From the human T2T-CHM13v2.0 reference genome, Homo sapiens: 64,000 bases of DNA. Location: assembly GCF_009914755.1 (NCBI RefSeq), contig NC_060928.1; one strand, written 5' to 3'. Both the position numbers and the translations under genes were made by a program. Positions within the stretch are counted from its first letter, which is position 1, and each line of letters starts with the position of its first letter. The notes beneath the pieces are model-generated. The model was not told where the DNA came from and made no database searches. It saw only the letters and a list, made by a program, of their open reading frames with translations. Shown piece by piece: positions 55,909-64,000 of this stretch.

Positions 55909-56989
55909 TTATTAAATGTCTACTTCTCATGGCAAAACTAGTAAGTGGCCAATGCTGAAAAAAATTTTAACCCAAGTCAACAAACAAATGTAGTTGGGAC
56001 GAAAGCCATCAGCCTCAAGATTCTGAGCAAATTGAAAGATGAAAATGAAGAGGCTTTGGTGAATATTTACTTTTGTTTGTAGTGAGTTCTAAAGGATGGT
56101 ACTGATCAAATATAAGGGTGACCACTTAGAACAGAAGAGATCCAGAAGAGGCCTTTAAGCCCTACCTCCAAACAAGAAAAGCTTGGGGAGCCTAAAATAA
56201 ACCCACCACTTGAGAAAAATCTGTAGGAAAGGTAATTATCTGTGTAAGGGGGTAGAGTGAGGAAATTATAATTTTTTCATTTACTGAGATCCCTGGAGTG
56301 GGAAATAAGAAATATCTACAAGCCTTCAATAGTACTGAGAGCAAATGAATCGTGATAGAATCAGGAGATGGCTGCCGAGGCTTAGAGAAGCTAGGATTGG
56401 CTGTGTTCTGTAAAGTCACCAAGTGAATGGCTAAGGAAATCAAGGACTTACAATTTTAAAGTACAAAGTAATCTTGAAAATTACCTAATTTAATCCCTAA
56501 TCTCATAAGCTTGAAATCTACAGTCCAGAAATGGTTTTAGAACACCAGGTCTTTGACACCTAGGACAGCATTCTTCTACTACTTCATGATATTCTCTCAT
56601 ACATCCATTATAATCATCCATTATAATCAGTTATCAAATATACATAATATGCAATATACTTACTCTTCAAAAGTGGTTGTAGAAGACAACAAAAATTACC
56701 TCAAGCTTTCCCCATAGCCAGATTGGAGCTGCCTTCGACATGCAAAATGTGTATTACAAATACCAAAATGAGGTTATTTTTCTAGAGCAAATTTTAGCAG
56801 CATCAAAAAGTATACTAAAAATATGCCACTAGGCAGAATCTTCATCTTTAAATAAAATATTGGTCTCTCTACAATAAAAATATAATGTACAGTTTATTTA
56901 TTCTTGCTTTAGACAAAAATAAAATAAACCCGGAGAATTTTGGAGATCATTTGTAAACTGAACACAGCACAGTTATTCTACTAATCCTC

Positions 56990-57333
56990 AATTTCTCACT
57001 GGAAGTAGAGGACCCCCTTGAAACTTGAGTGAGGTGAGTTAAGGACCAATAAAAGGAAGTATTACTTTACAAAGAAAATAATAAACGTATGGAGCTCATT
57101 ATCACAAAAGAGGTACAGGCAAGGAATATAAATGGATTCATAAAGGTTTTGACCAAATTTATGAATGTCAGAGCCATAAATGGCTACTGAGAGTACACCT
57201 AACCTTTAAGGTTAATGTCAGGGAGGAAAACTATGTCCTTCCCTGGCAAATCCCTTGAGGCCTCTGTTGTCAACACAATATTAGGTTGGATGGAACATGG
57301 GCTTTTCCAGCAGAGCAATTCCAAAGTTCCTTT
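56990..57333 (+). mobile_element. Ancient CR1/L3 LINE 3' end
   Basis: Translates to PLKLE*GELRTNKRKYYFTKKIINVWSSLSQ / EVQARNINGFIKVLTKFM (CR1 ORF2 C-terminus) and has a CR1-type 3' tail. Confidence 0.8.
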
Positions 57334-57462
57334 TAGCTAATAGGAAACAGGACCAGATGAACATCCATCTCTTCAATAGAAGCATAAATGAAATGGATCC
57401 ATTTTAAATGGGAAGCTTAATGAAATGATGCTGTTGAAATTTGTTATTTCTATAATCAAGGT

Positions 57463-57494
<32 letters not shown>

Positions 57495-57527
57495 TCTCCA
57501 AAGTGTGTGTGTGTGTATATATATATA
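57463..57527. repeat. Compound (TG)n/(TA)n microsatellite
   Basis: Two TG-then-TA blocks. Confidence 0.9.
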
Positions 57528-57589
57528 CACTTTTTTGTTTATATAAACAAGAAAAAAGATTTAAGTTTTTGGAATTGGAAGAAAGCCAA

Positions 57590-57730
57590 TATTTGCAATG
57601 TTTGAATCCAGGCCCTGGTGCAAGTTACTTCCCATTCAGTGCCTCAGCATTCTCACATGTAAAATGGGGAGAATAATCCCCATGGTAAGGGCATTTTGTG
57701 AGAGTCATGCTAGAAAGCACTTTGTAAACT
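57590..57730 (+). mobile_element. MIR
   Basis: tttgaatcc...gcaagttactt...gtgcctcag...tgtaaaatgggga...aaagcactttgtaaact. Confidence 0.8.
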
Positions 57731-57879
57731 GAGAAACAAAATATATATATAGTTGCTGTAGCATATAGCCAGCTTTAAGCAAATCTCAATCATTTTAGCA
57801 GAAGGCTTGTGAGACACATGAGATTGGAAGGCTCCTCACTTTATTTTTCCTGGGAGAATTAATACAAATATTCAAAAAG

Positions 57880-58120
57880 TACTCAAGACCCAAGTCAAAT
57901 GCCCTCTCACAATGGCAGGGTTTCTTTCTCCTCTAAATTTCCAGAACATTTTAGTCATGTCTCAGTTAGACTATTTGTATTATGATTTGTCTGCTAATTT
58001 ACCTCCTTCATTTAACTATGAGATCTTCTAAATCAGAGGCCTTGTCTTATTCATCTCTGCATCCCTAATACTTATCATAGTTCCTCATATATAGTTGGCA
58101 ATTAATAGAAGTGAATAAAT
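57880..58120 (+). mobile_element. L2 3' end
   Basis: actatgagatcttc...ccttgtcttattcatctctgcatccc...gtgaataaat. Confidence 0.7.
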
Positions 58121-60019
58121 CACTTAATGTGTTACTAATCCTGTTGTCTCCATCTCACACTTCACAGTCATGGAATAAAGGAATGATCCAACTATAAAAT
58201 GCAATAAACCGATCATGGCTAAGGTACAAAGTCAAGACCAAGCCTATGCTTGGTCTCATTTCTGGGCTCCAGTCTCTAACTCCCTTATTGTGGAGAGAAT
58301 AGTGTCTTGGTTCTATTTGCATGAAAAATAAAAAGCAAAACCTGAATTACAGAGTAGTGAAATCTTCACCAAGTGCACATGCGTAAAATCCTAAAAATCT
58401 CTTGATTTCCTAAAACTACAGTTTTTAACTCTTTAAAATAAGATGAACACTGTATAATTCTGACCATGGCCTCACATTTTAGGTAAGTACACCATTGCAG
58501 AGCATCTGATGGCCACTATCATGATCCACAAATAGAAAACAGCCTTGTTATCTACAGAATTCAATGCAGGGGTCAAAATGAATGTTAAAATACAACCTGC
58601 ATATTTAGTCCATGACATGAACAAACAATTGTAGGTATTTAGATCTAGTGCCTGGATTGCAAATGCTCAACTTTATCCTTAATGGCCGATTTCCAAGCAT
58701 ACTTCTGGTTCCATGAGCTTGACTCAATGGACTAAATGCTTTTCTTCTTTTCCCATAAGTTAGGGTGGTTCTGCTTTATCAGATTTTTTTAATGCCTAGA
58801 AAATGTTCTCCTCTTGTTTATGAAGTTAGAAGGGTAAACAGGAAAGAGACTGCTGGCATTAAATAAATATGCATGTATACAGATGCACAGGTGTGTATGC
58901 TCACATGTAACCCTGTTTTCACTTAACAGCAGTTGAAAGAATGAGAGTGAAATGGGTCAATAAGCCACTGGACACCAGCATTTTCTTCAGCATCCCCAGG
59001 GGCCAGTCCCACCCTACCGCTGCCTTTGTGAGGGCACTCTCTGGCCAGTTTTGCTCAGCACATTCATTTAGCAGTTGGCATTTTTGTTGTGAAGCTGACC
59101 TTCTGCTCCTCTGAGTTCCTAAATGCTATCCACTAATATAACAGTTTTTCTTGTCAAAGGGATTGTAATGAATGTTTATTTCAGATCTACACTTCTTAGC
59201 TTATCTGTAGCCAGACTGACTTTGCTGCCTTCAGATTTCAGCTGTTTTATTCCCCAAGGCTAAATTTACATTGGTAATTAATAATATCCTTGCTTATTCT
59301 GACCAAGTACATACATATAAATGTATCTTCCACCTCTCTGCATCATAAATGCATCTTACACTTATCTTATTGTCATTATTTCCTGCTGTCAGTCTCATAT
59401 TGGAATACGCAACATTGCTGTACTTTGTCATGGTGAAAAGTTTGTCCTGCAAATGCTCAGTTTCTTAGGTCTTCCGTGAATGGCTGTGCTTATCTCATGT
59501 GTGCTTCTAGGCATCTCCAGGGCTCTGCATTTAACTTCATACTTCTAAAAGCATCTGTACAGAGGTAATATTAATGTTATTGCCACAGACAGGCAGAGCC
59601 TCATTTCTCTCTGCTTTGACTGAAAATGCCTGTTCATAGTGAAAATGTGCAGACATTGGCATTCTTGTATGAGGTTGGAATGTGTGTGGGTCCAGCCATT
59701 GACAGCAGGAAGAAATAAGACACAACTGCCAGATGGCTTGGTTTAAAAAAAAAATACCAGTCAAGATTTGCTAGTGATCCATAACCATTAAAATTATTTT
59801 CCCAAAGGATTCTCTATTCCGAGGCTGGAAAAATATTCCTGAATTCACTCTCAGTTCTGAGATGGGGTTGCGTGAAAGAGTGGGTGATTTAAAGATCACT
59901 TATCTCCCAGAATAGGTACTTAACCTAGACATACTGGGTGTTTAAAATTCTCGATATAAGGATATGACTGCTATCATCTTTAAATTTTTTGAAGATCTGA
60001 TTTAGAATTCATAGTAGGA

Positions 60020-60230
60020 AGGCAGAAAGTAGTAGAATGAAGATTGAATTTGGAGTTAAGTTCTAGTCTCTACCATTAAGTGGTTATCTTTAGTGTATCC
60101 CTAAGCCTCAGTTTATTTTCTATATGTTGGAGATAAAATCTGCACTCTCTAGGTCATAGTCATAGTATTGTTTAAAGATCTTAAGATAAAAATGTGCAGA
60201 AATTAACTCTGTAAACCATCCAGTGCTATG
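60020..60230 (+). mobile_element. MIR
   Basis: tttggagttaagttctagtctctaccatt...aagcctcagttt...ctgtaaac. Confidence 0.6.
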
Positions 60231-61061
60231 AATCCAAATTGCTGTTATAAACTAACACAGAAGTTCCTGAGTGGGGGAAAAAATTAATAAGAAACCTATT
60301 AATGGCCCTGGTAGCTTTTGCAACCTGGGTTTCCTTAGATCATTCATGTTGTAACTTTCATGTTGTTGGTTTGATCATTAGATTAATTCACTTTATATTG
60401 TTTTCTTATTTTATCCCCGAACAACTCAAACCCAAGCTGAATTATAACAACAAATAATAACGTTTAGGAAAAAAAAGTCTGGTCCCAAACAATGGTAACT
60501 ATTATAAATTTTTGACATGCACACTGGAAACAAGAATTTCAGTAGAAAATAATTAGCTTGTTGTCTTTGCGTTCATTTAAGTTAAAGTGATGGTTACACT
60601 GAGACATTACTGATTCTTCACTTGACACATCCACTCAGTGTTTCCACTAGGATTTCAGTGATCCTAGACCCTTCCCCACTAATGAGAATGCCACCTTCCC
60701 ACCCAGTGTGCTTCTTCTGTTCTATCTGTGGACTCCATGCTCTTTGCAGCCACTGCCTCCTTCTCTCTAGTTGGCTGCTGGATGCTGTGGACCCGCTCAG
60801 TTGCCCCGATGAAGTATGAACTGGGTGAACACTTGCTGTATGAGTGAGTGATGCCACATGCCTCTTCTCCTTTAAGGCCCATATATGAAGGCACTGCTGG
60901 TGGAGGCAGCAGAGTGAGTCAAATCTCACAAATGACCATCACCAAATTCAACATCCCCAAATTCCTGTGCCCAGTAAATGTGATAACTTTTTCCTAAGAT
61001 ACAATCAAAGGGTAAATAAAATAGAATGCCATCTGTCCTGAAGAATACTTTCCCAGGGTGA

Positions 61062-61598
<537 letters not shown>

Positions 61599-61934
61599 TA
61601 ACTGTGTTCATTACCATATTAGGTAATAATGACTATGGACATATAATTATTGATTACTGCTTTTAAAATAACCATGCTATTGAGTAGCCATGAACATAAA
61701 ACTATGAGGTTATAATAGAAAATAAATTCGGCTCTGAGCATATAAAAATTTCAATTAAAAAAACATACAATAAGAGACACTGTTCCAGAATTACATGTTT
61801 TTGGTTGATCTTTCACCATTCATGTTATGCAGCCTTCCGTGCTGCAAAACCTGGCAATGATTAAGAACAACATGCAGCATCGAAATCACAATAATGGCAC
61901 TGGATATTACAATACTGAAGTGAAACCGTACAGT

Positions 61935-62090
61935 TTTCATTTCAGATTCCATGATTTGTTAGTCCAGTCATGTGACACGGGACAAGTCACTTTATTTATA
62001 TTCAGCCTTTTAGTTTATACATTGAACCTCCTGGGCTCCTGTGGGATTGAAAAATGTTGATGACAGAGGGTGTAAGTCTTTATAAACTCT
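61935..62090 (+). mobile_element. MIR (degenerate)
   Basis: tgtgacacgggacaagtcacttta...tgtgggattgaa. Confidence 0.5.
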
Positions 62091-63869
62091 GAGTTTCCAG
62101 TTCTGTTTTTAAAACATTGCTTGGATTAAATCAGCAAATTGTACTGTTATTTTGTGACTTTGGAAGGCTGAGCTCTTCATCTCTGCTTTTATTATAACGA
62201 CTGTTACTAAAACTGACACTCATGACCCCATTACCCACCAGGACGATCAGGCATTCTCTTCAGGTGTGTGTTGTTTTATCACTAAACTTAGTCACTTTAC
62301 TAAAGTAACTTCAGACGGGCTTTAGATTTGAGGGCAGGCTGTAAAACTAACAAGAAAAAAGGAAAATTTAAAGATATGGACACAGAGTGATGGGTTGCCT
62401 TCCTGATCATGTATTCAGAGGCTGAAAGCCCAGAGAACCTGGGCAATTGCTAACCTGCAGTATCTGGAGCAACCAGCAATCTAATGTGAAATTCCTTTCA
62501 TCTTCCCTCCACACTCCTGTGAAAACCAGGAGGATTTCTGAGAGGCACAGAGATTCTCAATCGTTGTAACGAGGCAGCTTTCTTGTAGTGTGAGTTCATG
62601 AGAGGAAGGGCAATTTCATGTTAAACATACACACAAGATGACAGGGAAGGGGGCGAGCTGATAGCCCAAAATACATATGCAAACCCTCCCTTGGAAGCTT
62701 GCTTTTCACTCTCTTGTACAAAGTCAATGGAAACCAAGGAACTACCATTCCAGAATTGTCGCCTGCTTTAATCCTTAATAACCAAATAAAAATGGGCAGC
62801 CCGTATTCGGGAGCAGCTCTAGCAAGCAGACCTCTAGGAAACAAGGCTCCCTGCAGACTTTCCCTTGATCTTAAAGCTTAACTTGAAACATTTATATGCA
62901 CGGAGCACCTGGCCAGGAGATGTGAGAAGGCCTTTTTTTTTTTTTTCTTTTTTTCACCTTGGCTCCATTTCTTTCTTTAATAATAAATTCTCAGTTTTCT
63001 TTTTTCCCTTCTTGGAAACTGATTCCACTCTAAATAATGTTTTTTGTTCTTTCTTAATAGTTTAAGAAAAGCAAGACAAACTTGAAAACCCCCCATTAAC
63101 ATCCATCAGGCTCCCCGCCTGCCGATCGGTATCATCTTCACTTTAGGAAAGATGAAGCAGAAAGTCAGTGTAGGTTAATTCCAATCAGGTTGAGAACTTC
63201 TTTTGTTTGAATTCAAAGGGCTCAGGTTAACCTATTATGCAATTTAGTACCAACTGGCTGCACAAATCTTCTTTCACATACCTTGCTGGGTGAAGAAGTG
63301 ATGAGTGCAGAAACTTGTTCTGACTGCACCAGTTTAAATACGCAGGTGTTTGAATTATGGTCAGAAGTTTAACAGAGGAGGAAAGCTCATATCTGTCCTA
63401 CAATGGTAACACCATCTGAGTCACATCCTCAACAAGGTTATAATGCATTTAATGGTAAAAAATATACACAGAGTCTGATATAAAGACTTTCCCTCAAATC
63501 GGGTCAAAACCAGGACAGATGCTTTATAGTTATTTTGAAATAAATGTATGTAAAGAAGGGAGTACCAGCTCATGAGTATCACCAGCCTCTCTCCTCCTTT
63601 CTTTCTTCCGTCTTTCATTCCTTCTTTCCTGCACATTTTGATTTCACAAAAGAATTTAAAGCATACCTGAAGACACACAATACACAGGATATAATAAATA
63701 GCTGAAATTGGAGCAAAAAAGAAAATAGACAAGAAAACTAATGCTGAAGGAAATATTCCAAATTATATATAAATGCAAACCATTCACTCCTGTATGGTTG
63801 CTGGAAAGTGGAAGGTGGAACTTTGGCTGGATGGATGCCCTGACTCTAGTCCAGTCCCCAGCACCAATG

Positions 63870-64000
63870 CTCAAGAGATGCCCAATTCATCTCCTCAACT
63901 CCCACCTAGCCCTCCTCTAATCTCAGTCTCCATACCTGAGTGATACCTCTAAAAAGCAAATCAGATGAGGTCTTATCATTGCTTCAACATGTTAATGACT
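63870..64000 (+). mobile_element. L2 fragment
   Basis: ctctaatctcagtctccatacctgagtgatacctctaaaaagcaaatcagat. Confidence 0.55.

Noticed and set aside
58235-58256. 9-bp-arm hairpin (also 8-bp arms at 2277-2294)
   Set aside because: Too short to be notable; no miRNA-like extended stem
61614-61623. CArG box CCATATTAGG (also CCTATTTAGG at 9210)
   Set aside because: Several CArG matches are expected by chance in 64 kb of AT-rich DNA, and there is no supporting context

Overview
Primate (AluY present, so catarrhine, probably human) nuclear non-coding DNA, AT-rich and CpG-poor. I recognise no protein-coding exon, tRNA, rRNA, snRNA, miRNA or processed pseudogene, and I cannot name the locus. The ORF track is explained by chance or by repeats. 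The window holds 8 Alu-family SINEs (AluY, AluS, AluJ and one chimeric monomer), about 12 LTR remnants (MaLR MLT1/MST, HML-5 LTR22, MER61, MER21), many L2 and MIR fragments, old L1 pieces, MER20 and MER5A DNA transposons and an ancient CR1/L3 relic. Repeat subfamily names come from remembered consensus sequences and need RepeatMasker/Dfam confirmation. By eye, A-runs exceed T-runs and most LTRs lie on +, which hints at an intron or lncRNA transcribed on the minus strand. Best leads: a pair of minus-strand exon candidates at 13.2-14.0 kb next to a promoter-like segment at 9.4-10.1 kb; a long L2 relic with a still-readable endonuclease domain interrupted by three later insertions; a palindrome and homeodomain-motif cluster at 54.3-54.9 kb; a perfect 32-bp hairpin; and YAG|GTAAG recursive-splice-like motifs. 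Nothing here demonstrates a new biological system.
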